64,000 nt of DNA from an uncultured Bacilli bacterium (GTDB lineage Bacteria; Bacillota_I; Bacilli_A; RF39; UBA660). This document shows positions 38,699 to 48,815 of this stretch, piece after piece; position 1 is the first letter of the stretch; each line of letters starts with the position of its first letter. The DNA is taken from contig CANPVV010000002.1 of NCBI GenBank assembly GCA_947581835.1, positions 3,842 through 67,841 of the forward strand, read 5' to 3'. A program made the position numbers and the translations under genes. Under the pieces are notes generated by a model, which had not been told where the DNA came from, did no database searches, and saw only the letters and a list, made by a program, of their open reading frames with translations.

Positions 38699-40231
38699 CT
38701 ATTTTTTTACTTTAATAACAAATTGATAAGCATCCGGTAAGTCACTTTCCTCTAAAGTAAGTTCAAATCCTTTTTGAGTTAAAATATCTTTAACTGTTCT
38801 AATTTCATTAATCGCCGATTTTAAATCTATACCTAAGACTTCTTCTTGTTTAACTTCATATGTTGGATCTAATGTATCAATTAATGAAGTTGGATCAAAA
38901 TTATCTAATTGTTCAATATTTTCATTAACTGGTGTAATTGTTGGCGTAATTTCTTCAACTCTTGGAGTTTCATATGGAGTAAAATCTTTATTTTCAATTG
39001 GACTTTGCATATCTAAAGAAGCTGGCTCTTTGGCAATTTTAAGACTAGTATTTCCCATATTAACATTTTGAAAAGCCTCACTATGGGTTGTTAAATTAAC
39101 TGAATCTGAATAATTAGGTTGAGGTACAACTGGAGGGGCATCAAAAGTAGGAGTAGCCACTTGTGGTGGAGTTAAAGCCTCTATATTAACCGTCGAATTA
39201 TTTTGAGGTTGAGGCTCCATATTTTCCACTTTAGGTGCTTCAACTGGAGTAACATTTTGTATACCATTAGCATCCTCTGTTGAAGTAGCATTATTATCTG
39301 GATTTCCATTCTGAGGTGGTGCCACTTGATTATTATTTAAATTTATTACTGGAGTTTGTAAAGTATTTTCTTCCATATTCATATTAACAGTCTCACTTTC
39401 TAAGAAATTAAAGAAATTTCCTTGCGAATTATTTGTAGCTTGTTCAACTGGAACAACGTCAGGATTATACATTTTTTCTCGTTCTATTTCTTTAATTCTT
39501 TGGGTTAATTCACTATTTTCATTTACACTCGGTAATTCCGTTGCTGCTCGTCTTATTTCTTCTATATCTAAAGGTTTTACAAGTGGTATATCCGGTTCAA
39601 TATATTCTTTATTATCTGGTTCTCTTTGTTTAGCTAAAGCTTTCTTTAAAGCATCATCTAATTCTCTTACTGTCATACGCTCTCGAATTATTTTTTCTAA
39701 CCACATTCGTTGCTCATTAGGTTCAGATAAAATAAGCAAACTTCTAGCATGACGTTCACTTATCTGATTATTCATTAAAGCTTCTTGAACAGTCTCATCA
39801 AGATTTAACAACCTAAGTTTATTAGCAATCGCACTTTGAGATACACCTAACTTTTTAGCAAGTTCACTTTGAGTATAACCTTTATCTAAAATATTTTTAT
39901 AACTTCTAGCTTCTTCAATAGGTGATAAATCTCTCCGTTGAATATTCTCTACAATTGCTACTTCTGCACTTTTATTATCATCAATTTGCGCTATAATCGC
40001 TGGTACATTTTTAAGTCCCGCAATAGTTGCTGCTTTATATCTTCTCTCACCAGCAATTATTTCAAATTTATCACCAAGACGTCTTACTACGAGGGGTTGG
40101 ATTATTCCATGTTGTTTTATTGAATTTGCTAATTCTTCAAGACCTTTCTCATCAAAATTGAGGCGAGGTTGAAAACGATTGGGAATAATATCCTCAATAG
40201 GTATTTGCATAATATTTTGCTCTAAATTCAT
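38699..40231 (-). CDS. parB: ParB/Spo0J-family partition protein, elongated (510 aa) with long low-complexity N/P/Q/T-rich linker
   Basis: ParB N-domain IQPLVVRR....EIIAGERRYKAA. HTH YTQSELAKKLGVSQSAIANKLRLL. About 230-aa insertion rich in N, P, Q and T before the C-terminal domain. Confidence 0.8.
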   Translation of the reverse strand: MNLEQNIMQIPIEDIIPNRFQPRLNFDEKGLEELANSIKQHGIIQPLVVRRLGDKFEIIAGERRYKAATIAGLKNVPAIIAQIDDNKSAEVAIVENIQRRDLSPIEEARSYKNILDKGYTQSELAKKLGVSQSAIANKLRLLNLDETVQEALMNNQISERHARSLLILSEPNEQRMWLEKIIRERMTVRELDDALKKALAKQREPDNKEYIEPDIPLVKPLDIEEIRRAATELPSVNENSELTQRIKEIEREKMYNPDVVPVEQATNNSQGNFFNFLESETVNMNMEENTLQTPVINLNNNQVAPPQNGNPDNNATSTEDANGIQNVTPVEAPKVENMEPQPQNNSTVNIEALTPPQVATPTFDAPPVVPQPNYSDSVNLTTHSEAFQNVNMGNTSLKIAKEPASLDMQSPIENKDFTPYETPRVEEITPTITPVNENIEQLDNFDPTSLIDTLDPTYEVKQEEVLGIDLKSAINEIRTVKDILTQKGFELTLEESDLPDAYQFVIKVKK

Positions 40232-40313
40232 AAAATCAGCCCCTATTTTTACTTATAATTAATTATAACAATAAAAAACATATTTTTCAATTAGTTATAC
40301 TTAAAAATATAAA

Positions 40314-41111
40314 TTAGCTTAAAAATTTAAACACTTCACTATCCCCTAATATAGGATAATAATTTATTAATTCTTTCTTTAAATAAAGAGCTTTATTATA
40401 TAAATTTGGATATTTTAAAATATTAGGATTTTGAGTACATATAGCCTCAAATATTCTTGCTCTATCTTCATCTGGATATGTATGCGAATACTCATCTATA
40501 AAAAATATATTATCAGGATTTTTCTCGCTTAAAGTATAATTATAAATATATGGTTTAGTATAAGAAAGATTATAAATAAAATTTTCTGGATTATAACTAT
40601 TCCAATCTGGAAAAGGGATCATATCTTGTAAAGTAAATTCAATATTATGCATAAGTTCATGTGCCAAAATACTTGTTAAATTAGAAGTTGTAGCATCTAT
40701 TACTATTTCATATGTATTATTATCAATTAAAGAATATGCGGCGGGATTTGCTATTTGAGTAGTTTTATCTTTAGGAGCTAATTTTCCTGTTAAATAAATA
40801 TTTAAACCATTAGAATTATTATTTTGAAAAACTGAAAAAAACTCACTAGGAAATTTAGCTAAAAAAGTATCAATTTTCTCAGTTGCCTCCATCACTTTTT
40901 TAGAATCACTTAAAGGAGTAACTGTAAAATCTGGAAACTGTTTATCTTTTAAATCAAAAACAATGTTAATATTATAAGACTTATTAACACTTTTAGCCTG
41001 TGTTAAATTATCAACTTGATTATAACTTTGACTGTATTTTTGACTATCTTTTGGAAATAAAAAGTTTATTAAAACTAAAAAAAATATAATTAAAGTAAGA
41101 AATTTATTCAT
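40314..41111 (-). CDS. Secreted protein with HExxH motif (putative Zn-metallopeptidase-like)
   Basis: Signal peptide MNKFLTLIIFFLVLINFLFP. ILAHELMHNIEF HExxH motif. Confidence 0.4.
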   Translation of the reverse strand: MNKFLTLIIFFLVLINFLFPKDSQKYSQSYNQVDNLTQAKSVNKSYNINIVFDLKDKQFPDFTVTPLSDSKKVMEATEKIDTFLAKFPSEFFSVFQNNNSNGLNIYLTGKLAPKDKTTQIANPAAYSLIDNNTYEIVIDATTSNLTSILAHELMHNIEFTLQDMIPFPDWNSYNPENFIYNLSYTKPYIYNYTLSEKNPDNIFFIDEYSHTYPDEDRARIFEAICTQNPNILKYPNLYNKALYLKKELINYYPILGDSEVFKFLS

Positions 41112-41144
41112 ACTTAATTATATTCTAAAAAATATTTTTTATGA

Positions 41145-41852
41145 CTATCTTAAAGGTTTTTTTAAAATTTTATCATAAGTTCTAGGATATATCTCTGGTG
41201 TTTCTTTTAACTTTTTTATTTTAATAATAGTACGATTAGAATTTTCTATCGGAAGTAAAAACTTAATAATATCTGTAACCTCACAATTTAATATTTCTAA
41301 AGTCTTAGCACTTTCCTCTAATTCTTGAGTAACAATTCCTTTCATAGGTAAAAAATAACCATTTACTTTTAAATAAGGAATAGCTAATTCTAAAATAATA
41401 CGAATATTAGAAACAGCTCTAGTTGTTACTATATCAAAATATTCACGATAATTTTTAGGTAAATCTTCTACTCTTTTACCTATAACTGTAATATTTGTTA
41501 ATTCTAATTTAGAAATAACTTTATTTAAAAACAATATTTTTTTATTATTACTATCAACCAAAGTTATATCTAATGAAGGAAAAACAATTTTTAAAACTAA
41601 ACCCGGAAAACCCGCCCCAGTTCCTATATCTAAAACTTTTAAAGGCTCCTTAAAATTACAAGCTTTAATTAAAGTTAAAGAATCATAAAAATGTTTTAAA
41701 TAAATATCTTCAGTTTTAGTTATAGCAGTTAAATTAAATTTTTGATTATATTCTTGTAAGAGATTTTTATAAGTTTCTAAGTTAGATAACTGTTTTTCAG
41801 TTAAAGATATATTTATTTTATTTAGTTCATTTAAAAATTCATTAATATTCAT
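41145..41852 (-). CDS. rsmG: 16S rRNA (guanine527-N7)-methyltransferase RsmG (GidB)
   Basis: VLDIGTGAGFPGLVLKI SAM motif. Immediately downstream of mnmG. Confidence 0.85.
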   Translation of the reverse strand: MNINEFLNELNKINISLTEKQLSNLETYKNLLQEYNQKFNLTAITKTEDIYLKHFYDSLTLIKACNFKEPLKVLDIGTGAGFPGLVLKIVFPSLDITLVDSNNKKILFLNKVISKLELTNITVIGKRVEDLPKNYREYFDIVTTRAVSNIRIILELAIPYLKVNGYFLPMKGIVTQELEESAKTLEILNCEVTDIIKFLLPIENSNRTIIKIKKLKETPEIYPRTYDKILKKPLR

Positions 41853-41867
41853 TTTCTATTTTCCTTT

Positions 41868-43733
41868 TTATTTACTATATTTTTTCTTTAAATAAACAGA
41901 TAGAATTGATAAATCAGAAGGATTTACCCCACTTATTCTGGCAGCTTGACCAATAGATTTAGGTCGAATTTTTTCTAGTTTTTGTCTGGCCTCAGAAGCT
42001 AAATTAGTTATATCTTGATAATTAATATCTTCAGGTATAAGTTTTTCTTCTAATTTAAGCATTCTTTCTACTTCTTTATAAGATTTAGCAATATACCCCT
42101 CATATTTTATTTCTATTTCTACTTCTTCTAAAACTTCTTCTTTATAGTTTAAATCTAAAAAATTCTTTAAAAAATCAATATTTATCTCTGGCCTTTTTAA
42201 AAGTTGATATAAAGATATACTAAATGTTGGTACTTCTAAATTATTCTTAATAAATAACTCTTTATTCTTATCATTTAAACTAAGATTTGTATTCTTGAGT
42301 ATTTCTTTTAGATTATTAATATCTTTTAGTTTATTCTCTAACTTTTGATATCTTTCCTTATCTATAGTACCATGTTCATATCCAATTTTTCTTAATCTTA
42401 AATCAGCATTATCATGACGTAGTAAAAGCCTAAATTCAGCTCGAGAAGTAAGCATACGATATGGCTCTACAGTTCCTTTAGTTACTAAATCATCAATTAA
42501 AACTCCAATATAAGATTCATTTCTCTTTAATATTAAAGGCTCTAAATTATTTAATTTATGATGCGCATTAATTCCTGCGATAAGTCCCTGACCTGCAGCT
42601 TCCTCATATCCACTTGTCCCATTTATTTGACCAGCAGTAAATAAATTAGCAATAATCTTATTTTCTAGTGATGGTCTCATTTCAAGAGGATCTATCGCAT
42701 CATATTCTATCGCATAAGCATATTTAGTTATAACCGCCTTTTCTAATCCTGGTAAAGAGTGAACCATTTGCTCTTGAATATCTCGTGGCATAGACGTAGA
42801 AAATCCTTGAATATACCATTCGTCATAATAAATACTCTCCGGCTCTAAAAATAATTGATGCTTTTCTTTATCAGCAAAACGCACAATTTTATCTTCAATA
42901 GATGGACAATATCTAGGTCCTATCCCAGTGACATAACCTCCATACATAGCTGATTTATTTAAATTAGCTTTAATAATTTCATGAGTTTTAGGTGTCGTAT
43001 AAATTAAGAAACACTTTTGTTGTTCATTTATTTTATATAATGGTTCAGTATCAAAAGAAAAAGTATAATATTTATCATCACCAGTTTCTGGTTTCATTTT
43101 ACTAAAATCAATACTACTCTTTTTAATACGGGGAGGAGTTCCTGTTTTTAATCTTTGGATAGTTAAACCTAATTTTTTTAAATTATCACTTAAATGATTA
43201 CTTCTTTTCTCGCCGTGAGGACCACCAGGATTATTCTCGTCTCCAATCAAAATATTTCCTTTTAAATATGTACCAGTAGTTAAAATTACCGCTTTACTTA
43301 AAATTTCTTCACCATTTGCTAAAACTATTCCCTGAACAGTATTTTCTTTAACAATTAAGTTTTCAACCATACCTTCAATAATAGTTAAATTTTTAGTATC
43401 TCTTAAAGCTTTAAGCATATTTTTAGGATAAGTTATTTTATCTGCTTGAGCCCTCAAACTCCGTACCGCAGGACCCTTTCCATTATTAAGCATTTTTATT
43501 TGAAAGTGAGATTTATCGGCAATAATACCCATAAGCCCCCCTAAAGCATCTATTTCTCTTACAATTATACCTTTAGCTGTTCCTCCAATTGAAGGATTAC
43601 AAGGCATATCAGCAATATTATTTATATTAGCAGTTACTAAAAGCGTTTTACAACCCAAAACTGCAGCAATATGAGAAGCTTCACAACCAGCATGCCCACC
43701 TCCAACAACAATTATATCATACATATTTATCAC
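41868..43733 (-). CDS. mnmG: tRNA uridine 5-carboxymethylaminomethyl modification enzyme MnmG (GidA)
   Basis: N-terminal YDIIVVGGGHAGCEAS FAD motif. 621 aa. Confidence 0.9.
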   Translation of the reverse strand: MINMYDIIVVGGGHAGCEASHIAAVLGCKTLLVTANINNIADMPCNPSIGGTAKGIIVREIDALGGLMGIIADKSHFQIKMLNNGKGPAVRSLRAQADKITYPKNMLKALRDTKNLTIIEGMVENLIVKENTVQGIVLANGEEILSKAVILTTGTYLKGNILIGDENNPGGPHGEKRSNHLSDNLKKLGLTIQRLKTGTPPRIKKSSIDFSKMKPETGDDKYYTFSFDTEPLYKINEQQKCFLIYTTPKTHEIIKANLNKSAMYGGYVTGIGPRYCPSIEDKIVRFADKEKHQLFLEPESIYYDEWYIQGFSTSMPRDIQEQMVHSLPGLEKAVITKYAYAIEYDAIDPLEMRPSLENKIIANLFTAGQINGTSGYEEAAGQGLIAGINAHHKLNNLEPLILKRNESYIGVLIDDLVTKGTVEPYRMLTSRAEFRLLLRHDNADLRLRKIGYEHGTIDKERYQKLENKLKDINNLKEILKNTNLSLNDKNKELFIKNNLEVPTFSISLYQLLKRPEINIDFLKNFLDLNYKEEVLEEVEIEIKYEGYIAKSYKEVERMLKLEEKLIPEDINYQDITNLASEARQKLEKIRPKSIGQAARISGVNPSDLSILSVYLKKKYSK

Positions 43734-43849
43734 TTACTTTCTCTTTTTAAAAAGTTACTATATAATATTTAAACATATAAAAAATCACTTCTTTTAAAGC
43801 GACTTTATTATAGCATTTTTTTACATTTTTATCAATTCCTATTAATTTT

Positions 43850-45043
43850 CTAATCTAAACTATCCATTAAAAGAAAATCCTTTAATTTTATATGTCTTAC
43901 AGTACTTGTAGAATAATCAATATCATCATTACTAATAATTATTTTTTGACATAAATTATCTAAATTAGCAAATGCTTGAAATTCTCTTTCATAAGCCTTA
44001 TCCTCAGCTAAAGTATATGTTACTTGAATATAATATTTTTTATTTTTTTTCTCAGCCAAAAAATCTATTTCTCGTCCTTGATTATCAAAAACATTTAATT
44101 TATATCCCCGATAAATCAATTCATTATAAACAATATTTTCTAAATTATGACTTAAATCATAATGATTATCTATGCATCTAATAGAATTTAGAGAAACATC
44201 AGAATTATATAATTTAAAATAATAAACAAGTTCTCTTTTTGTTTTTAAAGAATATTCTCTAACTTTTTCTACAATATAAGCTTCTTCTAAATAATCTAAA
44301 TATTTAATTATAGTATTAATTGAACAATCTTCATTTTTATTTTTAATATAATTGTGTATTGATTTAGCTGAAAATACTCGGCTATTAGAACGAAGAACAT
44401 AATTAACTAAGCTTCTAAATAAGTTTTCCTTTTTTATTTTATATCGATTAATTAAATCATTAAAAACAATAGTATTATTTAAATCACTAAGATAACGATA
44501 AATTGATTCTTCTTCATTAAATTCAAATCTTTTAGGAAATCCACCCCAAATTAAATAATCACTAATAGAACAAGTTTTACCTAATTCTTTAGTATATTCT
44601 ATAATTTCTCGATAAACAAATGGTCTTATTTGAAAAGATACATATCGGCCACTTAATTCTTTAGTAAATTCTTTAGATAACAATTTAGAATTAGAACCTG
44701 TAATAAATAAAGAATTATTATATAATCTTAAAGTTTTACAAGCAACCTGCCAATTTTCAATTACTTGTATTTCATCTAAAAATATATAGCATTTACCCTT
44801 TTGTTGGTGTTTTTCAATATAAACTATTAATTCAGTAGAATTAGAAATATTTGTTAAAACCTTTTGATCTTCAAAATTTAAATAAATTATATTATTACTT
44901 TTTTTACTAATTTCTTGTCTTATTTGATCTAATATTATAGATTTACCGCATCTCCTAATTCCTGTAATAATTTTAATTAAATCTGAGTCATAAAACTCTC
45001 GTATTTTTTTTAAATAATGTTCTCTATATATCATTATTATCAC
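43850..45043 (-). CDS. AAA-family ATPase with DUF4143 C-terminal domain (AAA_14/DUF4143 'ATP-binding protein')
   Basis: Walker A ITGIRRCGKSI. Walker B CYIFLDEIQ. Typical ~400-aa architecture. Inserted between mnmE and mnmG. Confidence 0.6.
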   Translation of the reverse strand: MIIMIYREHYLKKIREFYDSDLIKIITGIRRCGKSIILDQIRQEISKKSNNIIYLNFEDQKVLTNISNSTELIVYIEKHQQKGKCYIFLDEIQVIENWQVACKTLRLYNNSLFITGSNSKLLSKEFTKELSGRYVSFQIRPFVYREIIEYTKELGKTCSISDYLIWGGFPKRFEFNEEESIYRYLSDLNNTIVFNDLINRYKIKKENLFRSLVNYVLRSNSRVFSAKSIHNYIKNKNEDCSINTIIKYLDYLEEAYIVEKVREYSLKTKRELVYYFKLYNSDVSLNSIRCIDNHYDLSHNLENIVYNELIYRGYKLNVFDNQGREIDFLAEKKNKKYYIQVTYTLAEDKAYEREFQAFANLDNLCQKIIISNDDIDYSTSTVRHIKLKDFLLMDSLD

Positions 45044-45138
45044 CTATTATAATTATACTGAAAGATTTTTTACTTGTCAACAAAATCTTTCAGTACCAGT
45101 GAAACATTTTACAATTATTAATAAAATCTTTCAGTAGA

Positions 45139-46488
45139 TTATTTACCTAAACAAAATTTACTAAACAATGTATCTAATAATTCATCTTGATAAGCCTCAC
45201 CTGTAACTTCTCCCAATAAATCCCATGCCTTCTTAATATCAATAGCAATCATATCAACAGGAATTTTTTTAGCAACATTTTCTAAAGCACTATTTATAGA
45301 ATTTAAAGCTTCTTTTATTAAGTTTATAACTCTAGTAGAAGAAGCTAACTCCAAATTAGAAGTATTAATAGCCTCTAAATCAAAAATTTCAATAATTTTA
45401 TTTTTTAAATCTTCAATTCCCTCTTCTTTAGTAGTATTACCATAAACCACATTATCTTTATTTACTAAATCTAATTTAGTTGGTAAATCATTTTTATTTA
45501 CATATGTAATATGAGTTTTATCCTTTAATTTATTTATTAATTCCTGGTCTTCCTCCGTTAATAATTCATTATTATTTAAAACATGGATAACTAAATCAGC
45601 ATTTAAAATAGCCTCAAAAGATTTATCAACTCCTATTTTTTCAACTATATCCGTAGTTTTTCTAATACCTGCTGTATCAATAAATTTTAAACGTATACCC
45701 TTTAATTCAATTTCTCCTTCTACAATATCTCTCGTTGTACCCGCAATATCAGTAACTATAGCTTTATTTTCTTTTAGCATTGCATTAAGTAAACTACTTT
45801 TTCCCACATTAGGACGACCTATTATAGCAACCTTAATACCTTGATTAATAATTTTTCCAATTTTAGATTCTTCTAAAAGCTTTTCTAATTCTATTTTTAT
45901 TTCCTTTAATCTAGGTGGTAAATTTTCTAATGTAATAACTAAAGCATCTTCATATTCTGGATAATCAATATTTACTTCAATATTAGCCATAAGATTAACA
46001 ATTATATCTCTAACCTTTTTTATTTTTTTTGCCACTTTCCCATCCACAGTGTTAAGAGCAAGTTTCCGTTCCAAATCAGTTTGCGAATTAATTAAATTTT
46101 CAACTGCCTCCGCTCTAGTTAAATCAATTCGTCCATTTAAAAAAGCCCGTTTAGTAAATTCACCCGGTAAAGCAAGTCTAATTCCTGTTCCTAATACCGT
46201 TTCTAACACTTTTTTAGTAGATGCTATACCTCCATGTGTATTTATCTCTACCATATCCTCCATAGTATAAGTTTTAGGTGCTTTTAAAACACTTATTAAC
46301 ACTTCATCAATAAGTTCATTATTATTTATAATATGACCATAATGAATAGTATGACTAGGAACTTTATTCAAATCTTTTCCTGTAAATATCTGAGCAACTT
46401 TTGAAATAGCTTGAGGTCCACTTACCCGAATTATAGAAATTGCTCCAACCCCCCGCGCAGTAGATATTGCACAAATTGTATCAAACAT
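45139..46488 (-). CDS. mnmE: tRNA modification GTPase MnmE (TrmE)
   Basis: N-terminal MFDTICAISTARGVGAISIIRVSG. G-domain GRPNVGKSSLLN and DTAGIR. C-terminal CxGK (FCLGK). Confidence 0.9.
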   Translation of the reverse strand: MFDTICAISTARGVGAISIIRVSGPQAISKVAQIFTGKDLNKVPSHTIHYGHIINNNELIDEVLISVLKAPKTYTMEDMVEINTHGGIASTKKVLETVLGTGIRLALPGEFTKRAFLNGRIDLTRAEAVENLINSQTDLERKLALNTVDGKVAKKIKKVRDIIVNLMANIEVNIDYPEYEDALVITLENLPPRLKEIKIELEKLLEESKIGKIINQGIKVAIIGRPNVGKSSLLNAMLKENKAIVTDIAGTTRDIVEGEIELKGIRLKFIDTAGIRKTTDIVEKIGVDKSFEAILNADLVIHVLNNNELLTEEDQELINKLKDKTHITYVNKNDLPTKLDLVNKDNVVYGNTTKEEGIEDLKNKIIEIFDLEAINTSNLELASSTRVINLIKEALNSINSALENVAKKIPVDMIAIDIKKAWDLLGEVTGEAYQDELLDTLFSKFCLGK

Positions 46489-46549
46489 AAAAAGTCACTT
46501 CCTTTTTAAGCGACTTTATTATAGCATTTTTTCTCAAATTTATCAATTC

Positions 46550-47344
46550 TTACCGAGATATACCTAACTCTTCAGGATAATATAAATATTCTAATTTCTC
46601 TATTTCTAAATAATAGCTATTTAACAAATCATCATAACTTGGTAAGTAAATATTAGTAATTATTTTTCCATTTAAAGTAATATAAACATCTTTTTTCTTA
46701 CATAAATTATTCTTTTCAATAAAATATAAAAACATTTTATTTCTTAATTCTTCTTGCTTTGATGTCTCACATTGCCATTTAAGCATTGGATTAGTAATTT
46801 GATTCTGAAGAGAAGAAATAGTATTAAAGATTAAACTATATAAATCTTCTGTTAAAAATTTATAATATGCCCTAATATTACTATAAAAATTTCTATCTTC
46901 TTCCCAATAATCTTGGTTAATAGCCAAATCATTTATATTTTTTAATTTCTCTTTATAAAACAATAATAAGTTTTTTTCTTTAATTTTAGAAGACTTAATT
47001 TGTTCCTCTACTTTTGATAAGTTATTTTTATGTAAATTTATAAGTGAATTTAAAATAAAACTTTTATCCAATAAAATACGCGCTATTTCTATATTAGGAA
47101 AATATCCAAAATTATTCCTAACTTGATTCCAATCTTTTTTTAAAAGAATTACCTCTTTCATATCAAAGCAATTACTATTTATCTCATCTGTTATTAAAGC
47201 TCCAATATTTTCCTCATTAAACCTTTTCTGAATTAAGTCTTTTACAATATTTAATTCCTCATATGTTATATATTTTTCATTAAAAAATGTCTGTTTACAA
47301 TCCATAATAGTAGTTATTATATAATCTTGATTAATATAAGTCAT
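46550..47344 (-). CDS. Hypothetical protein (264 aa)
   Basis: ORF track only. Confidence 0.35.
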   Translation of the reverse strand: MTYINQDYIITTIMDCKQTFFNEKYITYEELNIVKDLIQKRFNEENIGALITDEINSNCFDMKEVILLKKDWNQVRNNFGYFPNIEIARILLDKSFILNSLINLHKNNLSKVEEQIKSSKIKEKNLLLFYKEKLKNINDLAINQDYWEEDRNFYSNIRAYYKFLTEDLYSLIFNTISSLQNQITNPMLKWQCETSKQEELRNKMFLYFIEKNNLCKKKDVYITLNGKIITNIYLPSYDDLLNSYYLEIEKLEYLYYPEELGISR

Positions 47345-47395
47345 TTTAAACCCTCCTATTTTTATTTTATAATATTTTCTTTTTTAAAACAACTA

Positions 47396-48166
47396 TTAAA
47401 CAATAATTAATATTAGATAACAAATTATCCCACTTAAAACATTACTTAAAATATTTACAACGTCATTATTAAATATTTCCATACCTTTTTTTACAACTGT
47501 TTTAGTTTTACAATGTTCCTTTTTTTCAGTAATAATATGACATTTAGGACATTCATATTTAACTTGGAATAAAGCCCCTAAGAAACTATCTAACATATTA
47601 CCTAAAAAACCACAAATGGCTATAATAAGAAAATATTTAATATTATAATTAAATATGAAGTGAATTAACGCAATAAAACTACTTCCAACTAAAGCAGCAC
47701 CCATCCCTAAAATACTAATATTCCCTGATAAACCATGTGTACTTTTCTTTAAAGTTAAAATATTAATTGGAGGTTTATCTGATAAAATTCCTATATCAGA
47801 AGCAAGACTATCTGCGATAGCCTCAGCCATAACTGCCGCATATATTACTTTCATATAAGGAATATTAAATAATAAAACTAAAGCACCCGGTAAAACATTA
47901 GCAATTATCGAACCAATATTTTTCTCATGACCTTTTTCATGAATATCTTTACTCTTTTCTTTTCTTTTTTCTGACTTTATCATACCTGCAATAACAGTTC
48001 CTAAAAAAACAGCACAAAGTATTAAAAAACACTCTAACCCTCCATAATAAGTAATTATAACTGATAAAATAAACGCAAGTATTAAAGCATTTGTAGTCAT
48101 TGCTTTTTTATAATATGCAAAAGATGCCAATATTAAACTAGTTATTAAACTAAATAAAAATTGCAT
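47396..48166 (-). CDS. DUF92/COG1836 integral membrane protein (TMEM19 / VTE6 phytyl-phosphate-kinase family) with C-terminal Cys4 motif
   Basis: Multi-TM. GSIIANVLPG...AAVMAEAIADSLASDIG...GLSGNISILG conserved DUF92 blocks. C-terminal CPKCH...HCKTK. Confidence 0.55.
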   Translation of the reverse strand: MQFLFSLITSLILASFAYYKKAMTTNALILAFILSVIITYYGGLECFLILCAVFLGTVIAGMIKSEKRKEKSKDIHEKGHEKNIGSIIANVLPGALVLLFNIPYMKVIYAAVMAEAIADSLASDIGILSDKPPINILTLKKSTHGLSGNISILGMGAALVGSSFIALIHFIFNYNIKYFLIIAICGFLGNMLDSFLGALFQVKYECPKCHIITEKKEHCKTKTVVKKGMEIFNNDVVNILSNVLSGIICYLILIIV

Positions 48167-48176
48167 TATATCCCTC

Positions 48177-48815
48177 CTAAAATAAAGATGAAAGAATTGC
48201 TAAACCAATAGGTAAAGTTAAATTATCATATTGAAATCCAAATAATTCTAAAAAACTTGCAAACAACCCAATTAACAAATAATTTAAACCTGTAAAACCT
48301 AAACTATAATAATTATTAAAAACTACACTTATAATAATAGCCATCAAAAATATCCCTAAAGAACCACTATAAGTTTTTTTAGTATTACCTATCTCTAAAT
48401 TTAATTTTAATCCAATAAAAGGAGCAATCCCATCACCTAAAGCCATTGTTAAAACCCCAATCCCATAAAAAGGTAAAAATGTCGGTTTTAAATATGTAAT
48501 TAATGCTAAAATAGTAAAACTTAAAGCATAATAAATTGTACCTTTACTTTTATTTTCTTTTCGTTCCATTGATTTAAATATATTTTTCTTATAAGATAAA
48601 TAATTAATAAAAATAAATGTTAATGGTGGTATTACTAAATGAATACTTGTTTTAAAGAAATATACCATTATAAACCATGAAAAACCCACCATAATATGAA
48701 CTATCTTACGAGATGCCTCTTCTTTTAAATGAAATATTTTTTTACTAAAATTTGTTAATATTAAGACTAAAATCAAATATAAATATGTAAAAAGATAACC
48801 AAATATTATATTCAT
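48177..48815 (-). CDS. Polyprenol/phytol/dolichol-kinase-family (CTP-dependent, CdsA-like PF01148) membrane protein
   Basis: Multi-TM. SRKIVHI and ALGDGIAPFIG motifs characteristic of the dolichol/phytol kinase family. Adjacent to the DUF92 gene. Confidence 0.5.
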   Translation of the reverse strand: MNIIFGYLFTYLYLILVLILTNFSKKIFHLKEEASRKIVHIMVGFSWFIMVYFFKTSIHLVIPPLTFIFINYLSYKKNIFKSMERKENKSKGTIYYALSFTILALITYLKPTFLPFYGIGVLTMALGDGIAPFIGLKLNLEIGNTKKTYSGSLGIFLMAIIISVVFNNYYSLGFTGLNYLLIGLFASFLELFGFQYDNLTLPIGLAILSSLF

